This document shows positions 11,932 through 25,959 of a stretch of DNA of 64,000 nt, one piece after another. The position numbers and the translations under genes were made by a program. How positions within the stretch are numbered: the first letter of the stretch is position 1; every line of letters starts with the position of its first letter. The DNA comes from Chlorokybus atmophyticus. Its lineage: Eukaryota; Plantae; Mesostigma and Chlorokybus algae. A model generated the notes under the pieces. It was given only the letters and a program-made list of their open reading frames with translations. It had not been told where the DNA came from and did no database searches. The stretch covers positions 777,412 through 841,411 of the forward strand of contig RHPI01002402.1 of the NCBI GenBank assembly GCA_009103225.1. The letters are read 5' to 3'.

Positions 11932-13392
11932 CAGAACCGGTTTATAATGTACCATTCTCATCTCTCCTGGGACCACAGATTGACATGCACATCATTACAA
12001 CCCATGCGTCCCAGACTTGAATGTGTGTGGAGTGTTGACCATTAGGAAAGTTGAACAACAAACAACGCATCACGTCACCAGCACCTCTACTATTATAATA
12101 GGCCATGCGCGTTGCCTTGCTCCGTGCATGCAAATGCATGCTGATATCTGCAGCTGTAAAAGCAGGAAACAATACAAATAGCTAACATCGGGTAACTTGC
12201 CTCGCGTGCAAGTGAAAGCCATTAGAACAATGGCGCGCTATTGGTTCAACTCACATCATCATTAAGTATGTAGTCGTACGAATGTATGCATTGTACTCAA
12301 GTGTGAATTCATAATGAGACGCTCACAATTTTTTAACACTACATATGGACAATGAAAACTATTTCAGCATGCGTGCACGACTCATCATTGTTGGCAAAGT
12401 TTTCGGTGTAATGAGTGGTTGCAATATGATGGTGGTAGCAAAATAATTTGCTCAACGATCTATATTTATAATGCAATTGAACAACAATAAAAATACAACG
12501 TGAATGAAATATCGTAGAAAAAGCTTGCCGCCATTGGTATTGCTTGTTGTGTGCAGGTGCACATTAAGACATGCCACTTGCATGTTGCCCCTACTAACCC
12601 TGCTTTCCCGCATAATCTTGGGAAGCACTTGCATCACAAACACAACACGCACAAGAAAACATAAATGCGTGGCAATAAGATGTTTATAACCGTACGCATA
12701 AGCATACCCACACACATCCCACAGCATATGTAGCATGGCACATGGTACACAGTCATGTACATTTGTAAACCATTTGTAGAACAATCAGCAGTGCTTCGTG
12801 TAATATAATAGCCCACCACATGTTATTACTACTAGCCATTACCTTTGTGTGCCTACGCTTTTGATGTACAAAAAGGGTGTGCTGGTATGCCAACATGCAT
12901 GGTGTGCTCACGCATGTTAGTGTGTTGATTGCAATAGGACATGTAATGCTTGCCATAAACAACTCATATATTAAGGCATGTCGCAACAGCTGTAGACAGC
13001 ATTGCTTAGTGCTTGTTGCGGTTGTGCACATTGTGAACACCAACAACTGACAACCACAAAGAGACCTGCTCAAATAGGGGATACAACAATTACCGTTAAC
13101 TGCGTACTTGGCGTGGCATGCAAATACTAGAGCATTGATTTGTGTAAGTAAGCATGCCAAGACCATTTCAAACAAAGTCTACAATTGCAGACATAACTTG
13201 GACGTTCTAGGACGCTAGCCAGAATGCCCAATATTAATTGGTATGTTTCTGTCTTGTTCGTTCGACTGGCAGCCAATGCGAGCATTCTACTTGCAAGTCT
13301 TTGAAGGCAGCAGTATTTGCTGAGGCACTCATCCGCAGAGACCATAAGTCACTCAAGGGAACACAGTGGTCAATAGTATAACTTAGTAGTGG

Positions 13393-16300
13393 TCAACCCA
13401 TGTTAATTTTTGTCAACATGGATGTCACGGTATCTGACCGCAACAGGAAGTATCGATGTCGCAGCGCTTGTGACGCGGACAGTCGGCCCCGACGAAGCGG
13501 CCCGCGCCGGCACACCAGCTTGCACGCCAAGTCCCATCCAGCACCAAAGTCCATGTCCAGCACATCAAAGTTGTACCTATGCGCGCACCGCGCGCGCCAC
13601 TCCTTGAGGTTCCAGTTGTAGCGCGCAATATCGCGGTTGAACATCTTCAAGCCATTCATGCTGCGCAGCTGAGGCAAAGCCATCTGCAGCAGCATGATGC
13701 CCGCAGAATAGGTGTCGAAACGGTCTGGATGATTCAACTGCAAGCGCAGCCCCCCAAAATCAACAATCTGGTTGCAAACGCTGCTGCATGTCACTACTCA
13801 GGTAAGCCACGTTACCTGCCAAATGAATGGCGACAACAATGCGGTCAAGAACTCGGAGGGTGGGCTGGGAGTTTCTTGTGGCATGATCAGTTGCTCGGGT
13901 GGACAGTAGTCGGGATCCAGCACGCCACGGTCTGGAACGTAGTTCTTGCCAACTCGCAAGTCCGCTGCCGCTCCAAAGTCTATCAGCTTCAACTTGCCAT
14001 TTGAGGTGACAACGAAATGCAGCGGTTTAACATCTCGGTGCACTATGCCGGTTCGATGCATGTCGGCAAGTGCACGAAACACCTGTGGCAAAGCAAGCAG
14101 AGCTGACTTGGTGCTATGCGCAAGCCATTTGCTTGGTTTACAAGCCCAGGCAACAGCGGTAAGACAATAGCGATGTGGCCACTTGTATTACCTGACGCAT
14201 GGCTTTCTTAGTGACCAGAGCCAACCTTGTGGTCTCGTCGCCGCTAAGCTGTTTGCCAAAAAGCAGCATCTCCAGATTGTCAGGGAAATAAGGGTCCTTC
14301 ATATAATCAGCTAATGTGCCCTTGCCCTGCATAAAAGACAAGGGTCACCTGGAAAGGTATGGTTGGGACATTCATGCTGCACCCCTCGGCTGCAACGGCT
14401 CAAAACTCACCTCGAAGCTCCACACCAGCCAGCGACCACCTTGAGCTGCAAAGCAGTGTTGCTTGTCAGTGTGCTCACTATGAAGTCTCGGTCCGTTAGC
14501 GGTACTCTAAGACATGACAACACTTTGTGGAGATCGCAAGCAGTGCGTTCTCTTACCAAATGCGCCAATTGTGGCATCAGCGAAAAACGTTCCTAGATAC
14601 TGCGCAGCTGCATTGGGACAGGACCTTCTCATTCGCCTGCAGATGTAGTCTTCGACATCACCATGCTCGGCTGAATCTTCCCCCACCTTCATCTGCGCGC
14701 AGAAGCTTCAGAAACTGTCACCAACTTTGACCAGAAGCACGTGGAAGTGCGACAGAACTCTGCCAAGCTTTCAAGTACTGCCTGGGGACCTTTTTCAAAA
14801 TGACTCTTTGGTACTGACTTAGGTCTTCAACATCTCGTAGCTGCGGCTGCCGCTTGCCATAACCTGCAGCCACAGTGGCATTCAGCTCCGCCAACTCAGT
14901 CTTCTTTTTGGGTTTTGCTCCCTCGTACACAATGCCGAATGAGCCCTCCCCAAGCCGTGACCCCAACAGGAAGTCAGTCCTCTTGTATCTGCAAAGCATA
15001 CACAGCTGTTGATATGAGTAGTTGTACAACATCCACACATAGTCCGCCGCAAGCAGGCATATGTGTGAGCAAAGGCGCTCCCATTCATAATCTATACCGT
15101 CGATTGAGGATGACATCGAGTGCATAATCAATGGGGGTGAGAACATAACAGTCCAATGCTCCAGCCAGAATGCCTGGCCTCATTGTCAAATAGAAAGCGG
15201 TGAGCAGAGTTACAATGGCGGCTGTCGCCTGCTGCCAATCAGGCATATCAATAAATATCTGCACGGGGAACCGATGCGCGAGTCAGTCGTGCCTGCAGTG
15301 GGCAATAATGTGCGCATACCACTCTCTTGACAGCTACCATGTGACGGACAGCGTAAATGGTGCAATCCGCAAGTAACGGCCACAGACGACTACATCACTG
15401 CTGACCAGTGACATGCTGCGATGCGCCCATTGCTCCAACGAAATTAGGCTTACCAACACACACCCATAACATGCAAACGCAACGCAAAGTGCTATTGCTA
15501 TTCGCACCTAATCAAGAACTACAAGTTGCCATGTGATTGCAACAACTGGCTTGCAAGCCGTACAGTGGTGAAACATTGGTAAGTTTCATTTCACTGCAAA
15601 CTACTAATTCTTGCCATCGACAAATCACGCACAGTGCTGCGCCAACATGCGATGCACTGTGGTGCACCACCAGCTATTGTTCAGCAGAATCGACACAATG
15701 CAAGAAGCAACAATACCAGAGTTTCTTCGACTAAGTCAAGCTGCAACACGGGCTGTTTCGAAGGCGTGTGTATGCGCAACACTGTTGACTATGCAACTTT
15801 ACACTTAGTGGCATGCCGCCATACAAAGCAGCTTGCAATGCACGGTGACAGCATACTGTGCACCAGTAGACACCGTACTCCAAGACATGCATGCGTTGCA
15901 GAATACTTGTGCTATACAGCGTGTGCTATACAGCGTACTTGAAGCCTGCCATCCAATAAATCTATAACAAATCAATTCATTTGCAACAAAATTATATGTG
16001 CTATGGCAACCGCGGGAATGAGTGTTGGCCAACTAGTTTATAACGCACCTGGAGTGCCGCCGAAGCTTGCTGCGCGAGCTCCGGCGGAAGCAACGGGAAA
16101 GGCGAGTAGCTCTGCGCAGTGGAAGCAACGGATTGAGCAGTGGAGGCCACGCCAGACATCGTGTCCCGCAGCTGCTGCGGCAGCAGTTTGGTAGTGGCGT
16201 CGGCAGCTTGCGCAATGCTCGAGACATCCGCCAGCTGCCCGAACAGCGATGAACAAGAAGCTGGCGCAGCTGCAGAAGAAGAGGCGGAAGTGGACACAGC

Positions 16301-16483
16301 CCTTGCCTGAAGAAAGGAAGCTCCTCCTCCCAGCCACGACGATCGTCTAGCAGTAGGCAGCCTGCTGCTCCTTGGCGTCCACGTACGCCTCGCCGCCGCC
16401 AGCCTGGCATGCACCACGGCGTCGCCGCATGCCGCGGAGGGTTGCGCGAAGGCTGTTGCCAGCTGGCAGCATGCCGTCTCCAT
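13393..16483 (-). CDS. STN8: Thylakoid Ser/Thr kinase STN8 (Stl1-like)
   Basis: Transit-peptide-like N-terminus, TM segment (AFYLTMRPGILAGALD), LGEGSFGIVY, HRDVKP, DFGAAADLRVGKNYVPDRGVLDPDYCPPE and GWDLACKLV..RGRLSASQALRHRYF. The KNY.P...LDPDYCPPE and C-terminal segments fit STN8 better than STN7. Confidence 0.9.
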
Positions 16484-16859
16484 GCTGCTACAGCTGCCTG
16501 CTCAATACCTCAACACGCCTTACCCGAGCAGCACTCCAGCATGCATCCACCAACTTGCCTCCTCTCCCGGCTTAGCCAAGAGGCGCTTCAATCCTGCTTG
16601 TCGGCGTGGCTGATTGATGGCAACCCACGTTTCTAATGGGTACTCCTAGCTGAAGGCGGCGGCGTAAGCGTCGTCGTGGGCGTCGTGGGCGTCGTGGTGC
16701 GAGTGCGGTGGTGGTGTGGAGTGCTTATGCGGTGAAGAGGGGATTGTCGCCTGCTTGAGGGCGGCCCACGTCAAGAACGCGCGCGTTCAAACTAGAAATC
16801 AAAAATTTGTGTTTCGGCGCCACGATCTGGCGGGGCCAGCCAATGCACCCCTGCTAACA

Positions 16860-18170
16860 GGTGTCATGACAAGACTCATGTGGATTGAATGGCGTTGTGA
16901 CTCATGATCTATGAGCTTACCCCATGCTAGTGGACACCTGAGCATATTGTATATATGTAATAAGCTATGCCACACACACATGCGCAAACATGCTGATGCA
17001 TTTCACACCCAAACCAAGCCAGCCAACAAGCCATAAAGTATACCATTAAATACACTTGCGAGATGGCTAATGCAAAATAAGTGCAAGCAGCAGTTGTATA
17101 TCAATCCGTTTACTACGCAAGTGAGTCCAACATGACCATGATGTACTTGTAATATTGTATTTAAATGTTGTGTGCATTGTACATTAACATGACATCCGTG
17201 GCAAGGGCAAGATTGGTGTTATCATATTAATTATGCAACATGACAAAATTTATAATCATTAGCTACAAGTTTTGTTCATTCCAAGTTGCTATTTACATTG
17301 TGTGTGCAGTGTGCAAATTGTGCACGTTAGATTTTTCATAATACGACAATAGCTTGCATTATGAGCCAATCAGCTTGTTAATTTCAATAACATGGGCCAC
17401 ATGTTAATTGAGCATAAATAACATATGTTGCACGAAGTTGTCGTATGTACAATGCCGCGTTATTGATGCGCAAAATTATAAAAGCGATTAAGACAATGTG
17501 ATGCACAGCATTATCTAATATTTAATTACGTGAAGTCACGAATGTCAACTTTAATGAAAAACAGCTTAAGTTTAACACAATTTGCCGCAGGTATATTATC
17601 ATACACTTGCAACAGCAATAGCATTGGGTTGCTATTTTAAAAACGTATAATAGTGTAAATTGAAAGTTTTGCACATATAGAGCAGTTATTATAAGCATTG
17701 ATTGCACTGGTCGTTAAAGCACACAACAAAGACAATTGCACGCATACAAATTCGATATACAATCAAATTACAGTTTGATGTAATTAAATCAACAACTTGA
17801 CCCAACCTCACAATCATTCGTACAGCGGACAACACCACCTCTTTCACCACCACCATTCATATGCACTGCAAATGCGTATAAACATTTGTTATTGATAGCA
17901 CACTCATCCCCACGCATGATACATGCAGCGGGTTTAAAACATCACATAATTGTTAATATATGAAGAAAATCTTAATATATGTCGACATGCTTGATATTAA
18001 TAGAAACTTTGATGTAACATATCATCATAATTCTGATTGCTTGCCCAAACGTCCAACCATGAGATATCATATATGTGCAGTGACAAATATGTGACTAAGT
18101 CACATGATTACGGCACGGGTACCTGATAGGCCAGTTATGTCATGTTGTTGCACGAGTTTAATTGTAATTG
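16860..18170. other. AT-rich non-coding block, possible decayed non-autonomous element
   Basis: Sharp drop in GC compared with the flanking genes. TCATGA/GACTCATG clusters at the left edge. A 16-mer at 18154-18169 recurs at 29431-29446. Confidence 0.3.
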
Positions 18171-18506
18171 CAGACGATAGAGTCTTGTGTGAAGAAGTTT
18201 GCGAACCGCAACGACAACCCTTGCCATTTTAGCCGTTTCATACAATGCTAACATAATAGCATCGTTGTTGGACACTTACACATATCAATGGGACCATGGA
18301 ATACATGAAAGTTACAACAATCCAATTGCCACCAATATAACATTGTCATATATGATGACAAGTTCAAAGGTTATCAATGAGTTACAGTTGGGTATGCTAC
18401 GCACCCGTCTTAATGACTACCATTTCTGCAGTCTGTCAGTGTCAGTTGTTTGCCAGCACAGAGATCAAGTTTTGAGGCCACATGTGCTCATATGGTAAGC
18501 CAAACC

Positions 18507-20702
18507 TCATACAACAAAGATATCAAGCTCAATACTTTTATGTACATTGTCACTTTGGTCATACCCTAACTTAGCATACGGATTGCCATGGATGTGCCCC
18601 TTGCTCTGACAGCCATCTGAAAGACCAAAGCCGTCAAACAGCACCACCTGCAAACAGCTGCCACATAACACAATCAGACAACTCAACGGGAATTGCAAGC
18701 AACAACCATGATAGTGCAGCATTCTGCACCATGCAAAGTGCAGCTTACATTTGCAATGAATGAATCAAGCTGAGGCTTGGTGACTTCGTCAACTGCATTC
18801 TCTCCCAGCCTGTAGAGGTGTACAGGCCCTTCAGGAGTGTTCTCCCTTTCTTTCAGTAGGTACCTACACCCAGCACATGGTCAGCCAAAGACGACATGCA
18901 GTAACGTGGGGTCAACGAGTCAGGTGGACAGCACATGTGCAGCCATCAGCGCACTGCCAGTACTATTACGCTTGACCACCCACAGAAAGTCCGTCGCTGT
19001 AAATTGCCGGAGGCTGGCAATTGTGCGTGCGCGAAATGGAGCGAAGAGAAGGGGGGGGGGGGGGGGGGAAAAGTGCAGGNTACTTTGCAAAACGTCATCA
19101 ATGTTTCCAAGGTTGGCATGCTGTTCGCCCTTCTGAACACCCATCTGTTCAAGCAGCGCCCACAACTTGGCTGCATAAACAGGAGACTGCTCAGAATCTG
19201 ACATACTTGCATGCTTGATTTCTGAGAACGCCAAGTGGACTTGGCGATTAACGCACAACCCTTGAAAAAACTGCTCTGTTTATGCTCTTGTCTACTGGAC
19301 AGTCAATCAACCACGAATGGCAACCGACACAGCATGACTGCTTATGTTGACTTCAGCACCCCCACCCCCACCCACCCCACCCCCCTGTCACTAATGCTGC
19401 GCATGAGCCTAGCAACCCGGTTGGGTTGTGAACGACCAATGCACCTTCTTGTATATTCGGGGAGAGATGCACCAGCGCCAAGATGAGCAAGTTAAAACCT
19501 CGAACAGGAATGTCCGCTGGTTTGTCAATAATGTCGCGGCGTATGGCGGGAGGTAGCGTACTACGTAGCGCATAGAGCTTCACAGCTGCCTGGTCTGCAT
19601 TGGCTGATAAGGCACAGCTATCAATGAGCTGACATAAGCGGTCCAACAAACTTCCACCGTAACAACAAGTGCACTCCAAACGGGTCGTATGGGCTTACCA
19701 TGCAAGCCTCCAGCCGGTTTACGCGCTCTGACCTCTTTGCTGAATTCCCGTAGCTCCAACCCAAAGTGCTCGATAAACCTGGCTTGCGCCATTGGGATGA
19801 TAAAAGAAGCCAATGCACGCCCTGGACTCTGTTTGGTCAATACCTGCACCAAGCAATGGACTCTGTTGCAGCGCAGGAGCAAGCAAGAGTGAGAAGACCG
19901 TTTTGTGCAAGTTGCAGGATTATTCACCGCAGCTAGCTCATCACGCGTGAATGGAGCCCCTGATTGTTGACAGTGCCTAAACAAGATATGCCGCATCAGG
20001 CTGGAAATAGCGCTCTCTTTGTCCTGAAGGACAAGACACTATCAACGCATGAAATATGCAAGACAGGTGCGTTGCGATGGTGAAACCAAGAAGACCATAC
20101 GTCATCGCTCAGGGCGTTGGCTGCCTGTGTCTCGTTTGCAGCTTCGGCAGCTTGTGTGTACCTTAAAGTCTGCAAAGCAAAGATTTTGGTCTAACCTGGC
20201 TTGTGACTCAGTAAAGCAATACGTCGCTACCGCTCTGTGCTTCTCACCAATTGCTCCAGGTCCTCCCCAACTGCTTCGTCCGCCTCAGCTGCCTCTTGCG
20301 AACCTGCTAATCAACGCACGCGCGCAATGATGTTCTGCTGCTTACGACGAGGCCAACTAGCTCTCCGTAAATGCCAGTGCATGTAGTTTACCAGGAACGC
20401 AAGTCTACGGCAGTGTTGCGCAAAATAACACCTGTAATGCTTAATTTTGCATTGCAGGTGTTATCGCATGCTTTCGTTTACGTAGAAATGTCTTGGTTGG
20501 GACGTACGCACCGTTGCGATCTTCGGAGGCTTCGGGTTGCGACTCTTCCTGATGGCATCATGAAACACTGATCACACAACCGTTTGCACCACGAAAGCCG
20601 CAAGCAAAGAGAACTGGAACACACGTTGACAGCCACGCAATGCTTAGATACACTTACCACTGCTGCAGCTCCCCTGCGCCCACTTCTTCCAACCCGCGCC
20701 AT
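18507..20702 (-). CDS. NSE3: MAGE-domain protein, SMC5/6 complex subunit NSE3; last exon uncertain
   Basis: Spliced frame MARVGRSGRR..SLMRHILFR..FTRDEL..AQARFIEHFGLELREF..YALRSTLPP..RGFNLLILALVHL..LWALLEQMGV..YLLKERENTPEGPVHLYRLGENA follows the MAGE winged-helix pattern. Confidence 0.8.
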
Positions 20703-21068
20703 GCCTGCAACACTACAGAGGCCACCGCCACCGCCACCGCTGCTTGCCCGCTAGCATGCTTGAATGGGAGGGCGGGAAAAGTAATGCATGAGATCACATC
20801 CAGTACCACGCTGCTGCTAGGGTTTGGAGCAAGCAGCCCTGTACGTTGTGCTTTGGTTTAGCGACTGTCTGTCGGGGTGGTTTTGTATTGGCAAACCCTA
20901 ATGCTAAAATTCACTGCGTTGGAATTGCCGCCGCCCTGTGGCTGTGGCTTTGGGGTTGGAGGCTGCTTGAGCGTGGAGACATAGATCTAGCTGCTTGGTG
21001 GTTTTTGTGTTGTGTTTGCCTTGTGCTGGTGTCCGAGTGCGTGCTGTGTTCTGCGTGCGGTTGCGGCA

Positions 21069-22491
21069 ATGGCAGACCCCGAGGGCTCTTCCGCAGCCGC
21101 CGCCAGTGCAGAGGAGCACGAGCAGGAGCACGATGAGAAGCACAAGGAGGGCGATGAGGAGGACACTGGGGGCCACTTTGCGCCCATCGTTCAGCTTGCG
21201 GAGGTCGCCGTTACGTCGGGTGAAGAGGACGAGGACGTCGTGTTTAAGATGTACGTACGCCTGCTAACGCTAACGCGGCTTCAGATCTCGAGCATAGCTA
21301 CACTTTTAAATCCTGCCATGCTTGTGTGACAAATCGGCTCGTGATCAAATCAGTAACAAAATCTGCATGCCTTGGCAATTGCGCCTGACACCGATTTGCT
21401 AACCGCGATCAGGGCCACACGCACACATGCACACATGCAGCCGTGCGCTGCATGTGTGCATGTGGGTTCAGCCAGGTGCATTTGTTGTGGCCTGCGATGT
21501 TGACTCTGTGGGTATTGTTCACAACTGCATGGTTTCATGCGCAACTGGTCAACCAGGGGTTTGCAGCTAGCCAGCAAAATGAAGGCACTCGCCCCTTACC
21601 TGTGTGTGTACATCGCCGCGCATGCATGGCTTGCACATGCGTGTTCTCAGCACATCGTGTACGTCTGTTCTGTTCTGGTTGGTTAGTTAGGAACGTGAAT
21701 TGTATGCTCTTGCAGTGAGGCAAAGCTGTTCCGTTCTGGTTGGTTTATCAGGAACGTGAATTGTATGCTGTTGCAGAAAGGCAAAGCTGTATCGCTTTGA
21801 CCGCGAGAAGAATGAGTGGAAGGAAAGGGGCGTGGGGGATGTGAAGTTGCTGCAACACAAGGACACGAAGAAAATACGGCTGCTGATGCGACGAGAGCGC
21901 ACACTGAAGATCTGTGCCAATCATGCAGGTAAAAGCTGGTGACAGGAGCAGTTGCATGAGGTGGCAACAGAAGTTGTTAGGCACTTCTTCCTATTCAATG
22001 TTGCGCTAACATTGTGGTGCGTTCGTCTGCAGTGGTTCCCGGCATCAAATTGCAAGAACATGCAGGCAGTGAAAAATCGTGGGTGTGGAGCGCTGTGGAT
22101 TTTGCTGAGGGCGAACGGACTGATGAGCTGTTTGCCATGCGCTTTGGCAGCATTGACTGTAAGCGCCGTTATGCTGAGGACTGACATTGGTGCATGTTTT
22201 GGCTGATGTATGTCTTCTTTGAGCTTGCAATCTGAAGCATTGCATGTTGTTGCAGCTGCTCAAAAGTTCAAGAAAGCATTTGAGGATGCACAGGAAAGCA
22301 ACCAGAAGTTAGGTGGCGAGGATGCCTCCGAAGACAAGGAGAAGGAGGAGGCAGCTGCAGACGATGAGGAGGATGAGGAGGAGGAGGACGACAAGGATGA
22401 GAAACCCAGCGAGGATGCAGATGCGGCTGCCTCTGCCTTGAGCGGTTTGTCTGTCAAGGAGCAGGCAGAAAACGCTGCAGCTTCGTCATAG
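21069..22491 (+). CDS. RANBP1: Ran-binding protein 1
   Basis: Exons 21069-21250, 21777-21928, 22033-22158, 22256-22491. Motifs [50 protein letters not shown] and FAMRF, followed by an acidic tail. Confidence 0.95.
21672..21790. repeat. 61-bp tandem duplication spanning the RanBP1 intron 1 acceptor
   Basis: gttctggttggtt..aggaacgtgaattgtatgct.ttgcag..aggcaaagctgt occurs at 21672 and again at 21733. Confidence 0.9.
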
Positions 22492-23313
22492 ACATACAGC
22501 AAAGCTCAACGTTGTGCTGCGTGTTCATATCTGATGGCTGCCATCAAATCAATGGGGTCGGGTTGAGTTGGTGTTGGTTATGCTTATTCACCCCAGACAA
22601 TGCATGCATAGGGCACTTGAGTAGAGCACAACAGCACGTCATATATCCTGTGCACACTCACATGCCACTAGCAGCAAGCACAGCTTGGAGGGTTAGGATC
22701 AGGGCAGACCATATTCCTTTCTATCAGATTACACCCCTCTAGGTGCAAGTGTCGTGGGGAGCACACTACTGGATAGGGTAACCCACTTGCATGAGAGGTA
22801 GCACAGAAACCAACATAACACAAGGCATTGAAGCTGACCAGTAGACCAGCAGAGTTCACGGCATAGTGGCCGAGCAGACTGCACTGTGCAGTGCCATCCA
22901 ATGCCATGCTCTTTGTGGATTGTGGATGCCTGTAGAACAGATAGTCAGCGTCGGTGCTAGTACTAAGATAATGTTATTCACTTGCGGCTCGTAATGTTCT
23001 TGTACCTGTACTGCAGCTAAACTGTCATCAAACAAATAATATGTTGGGTTCTATGCATATTTGAGCTCATGAGATGTGCTGCCTACGCTCTTGTTGCTGC
23101 TTGAGGGCCTGAGCTTAAGATCCTAGCAATGTCTTTGTTGCTTGTAAGTATATACCCGCATACAGCAGCACACCAGTGCCACGCTACGTACTGAGCGACC
23201 ATGCCTACCACACAGCTCACACACCACGACCAATTTTAAGCCAGAAGGTGCAAAGTGGTGTGCTAGCAGGCCACACGCAGAAAGTGTTTTAGCAACACAG
23301 ATTTTGTGGGTGT

Positions 23314-23397
<84 letters not shown>
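23314..23397. repeat. Poly-G tract (84 nt)
   Basis: Uninterrupted G run seen directly. Confidence 0.9.
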
Positions 23398-23400
<3 letters not shown>

Positions 23401-23899
23401 AGCAGCGCTCAGCCCCACCTACCTATACACAGCATACAACAACCACGCTCTCTAAAACAGTGACCTAGACATGCATTGCAGCAGCAGGCAGGCAGGAGAC
23501 ATAGCAAGGGAGAGGGTAGGGAGTCACCACCTGCACAGCAGGCGCTCGAAGTCAAACTGGTGCTCAGCAGCAGGTTGCAGACATCAATGACGACGACAAC
23601 GACGACGACAACCAGACTGGACCCCATCGCCACAATTTGGAGAGGTCCCTTGTGTGCCTGCCAAGCACCACACACACAATGGCTGCAGGCCATTCACTGC
23701 AAGCTGTTAGTGAGCCAGTGCATAGGATAGAACTCTAGACCAATCACAGTGAGCGAACGGTAATTGAGTGCATTGCATAGAGCACTCCACAACAACGCAC
23801 AAGTTACACATCGGCACAATCAGTAGTAATAGCAGCACAGGCAGTGACAGTTAACATGAACTCAAATGCGGGCAGGAGTCCTGCTCCCCGCATCCCACT

Positions 23900-24512
23900 C
23901 ACCTGAAACTCACTTGAACTTACCTACCACTCCTCCATGCGTCGGTGCAGCACATGGTAGAGGTGTCCGTAGGTCACGCCGTACACCATGCCCTGCTGCC
24001 TTCCCATCCACCAGCACCGCTAGCAAAGGCCGTTTGTCATATCCTTCAGCAATCATGTCCCTCAAAAGCTTCCAAACCGTTTCGTGTGTTACACTTTATA
24101 TGCGATATTATGCGGCCCGATAAGTGGACAAGCGTAAGAAACGTATGCATAATGTACTGACCACGCCATGCTTTGCGGACTTGGCAATGTCACTGTGCGG
24201 GTGAGGAGCACGCCAGCGGGTATGCCTGCAAACTGGGCAGAGTTGGTTGCTGTAGACGCGGGTACACAAGTCCACATCTTATGACTGAAAAAGTGTCATG
24301 TGCAAAAATGGCACTGATGTACCAGCAGCAGACTCTGGCAGTTTTGGTATATGTTGTGGAAAGATACCTCCACCCAACGCATGTGGTGAATGATACATGA
24401 AAGGCTTAAAGTTGGGCAACCCAACCTCGAGCTCATCATCCACATATCTTGGAGGCTTGTGTTGGGGCACGAAGGTCAAGGCAGAGCTGTCTAGCTCTGC
24501 CTTGACTTTCAT
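23900..24512 (-). pseudogene. Degenerate coding remnant, probably TE-derived
   Basis: Frame reads MKVKAELD..FPQHIPKLPESAA..FQS*DVDLCTRVYSNQLCPVCRHTRW..ETVWKLLRDMIAEGYDKRPLL with several stops. Confidence 0.3.
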
Positions 24513-25230
24513 GTAACGTCGTGCTTGCTATATTGTCACTTGCATCTGACCCCTTTCCGACTGAACACATGCTGTATAGCAATTCTTATGCTGTTACATT
24601 GCTTCATTAAGCAACTACCTGCACAAACCTCGTGTAATGTATAGTCCACCGAGTTTTGTAGCTTCTACATTGTAGCTTACCATTGTCATATCACATGATT
24701 GCCAATGTTTGCTGGAATTTTCCGAATAGCGTAAACTTGAATTTAATGTTAATTTGTTGAACAGTTTGATGCGCGTGAGTGCGTGGAAGCATGCACGAGC
24801 CTATTATAAGTTTATGCATACACGCGTGTATTGTTTATGTTGTGTTCATGCGCGTGCATTGGGTGCCATGTTGCAGATGTATTGCGTGATGCTCTGCTTG
24901 TGTTCGTTCGTGCATGCATGCGTGCGTGCTTGTACTAGGTAGCACAGCTATATATGCTAACATTGTGTGTTCATTGTTTGATGCTTTAACGTCATTTTGT
25001 AATGCATAGTTGCGCGCGCGTGTGGCATAATCTGCAACAAGTAGTACACAATCGTATCATATGCGTTGTGCATATGGCGACGTGAGTGTGTATAGCATCG
25101 CGTGTAACGTTGCACTTGAGGTGGGCCTTTACTCGCAACGTGCATTGCATTCTTCACAAGGGCGACCCCGTAGGTAATACCAGTATTGTACCTACCGTAT
25201 TTATTCCAATAGAATCCGGTTTTATTACAG

Positions 25231-25320
<90 letters not shown>
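25231..25320. repeat. Poly-C tract (90 nt) ending at an N
   Basis: Uninterrupted C run; N at 25321. Confidence 0.9.
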
Positions 25321-25840
25321 NCCAGATACGTCATCAGCGTTGGATGTTGTACCTATGTTGATAATTGACCCGCTCCGGTTACTTTATCAACCGTAACCCA
25401 ACGGCGGCAGGTTGCTGCCGACGACTGGCTGTTAAACCGCCTACATGCCCATATACTGTAAAAGTTTTACATGGTGTGATGATGTTTCATCAATGTGATA
25501 TCCTTCGTAACATGTACATGACATTTATTACACACTTTTGATTACAATTCATGATTCCTTTGATGTAAACTATATTATATTAACTCGTACACTGAATGTA
25601 TTGACCACATATGTGTAGTACGATATCATAAAGCAAGGGTCATGTTGTGTATGTCATAACATTGATACTTGGATAATATCTATTAATGTTGGTGTACAAA
25701 TACTTCTTATTACCACATACATACATAATAGATTATGATGTTGACATATGTACGTGTAAATAGCACTTTATCCTATATTATTAGTACAGTCTCTCGTAGG
25801 GGGGACATAACAATGGAGGGGGGACAATAATGTGAAAACA

Positions 25841-25959
25841 CAGTCCCCCCGGTGATTTTGCTGGGGGGGACTGTAGATGGGGGGGGATTGTATTGGGGTC
25901 AATAGAGCTTACCCAGGCCAGCCCCTCGAGACGGGGGGCCGCGCGTCGTCTCGAGGGGC
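25841..25959. repeat. Two GC-rich perfect inverted repeats
   Basis: cagtcccccc (25841-25850) pairs with ggggggactg (25864-25873); gcccctcgagacg (25921-25933) pairs with cgtctcgaggggc (25947-25959). Confidence 0.85.

Noticed and set aside
24150-24400. CACTA/En-Spm Tnp2 assignment based on CPVCRHTRW
   Set aside because: Only a short CxxC...W resemblance; no CACTA termini or other Tnp2 motifs seen.
24957-25361. Poly-Gly and poly-Pro ORFs
   Set aside because: Translation of the poly-C tract plus an N; not coding.
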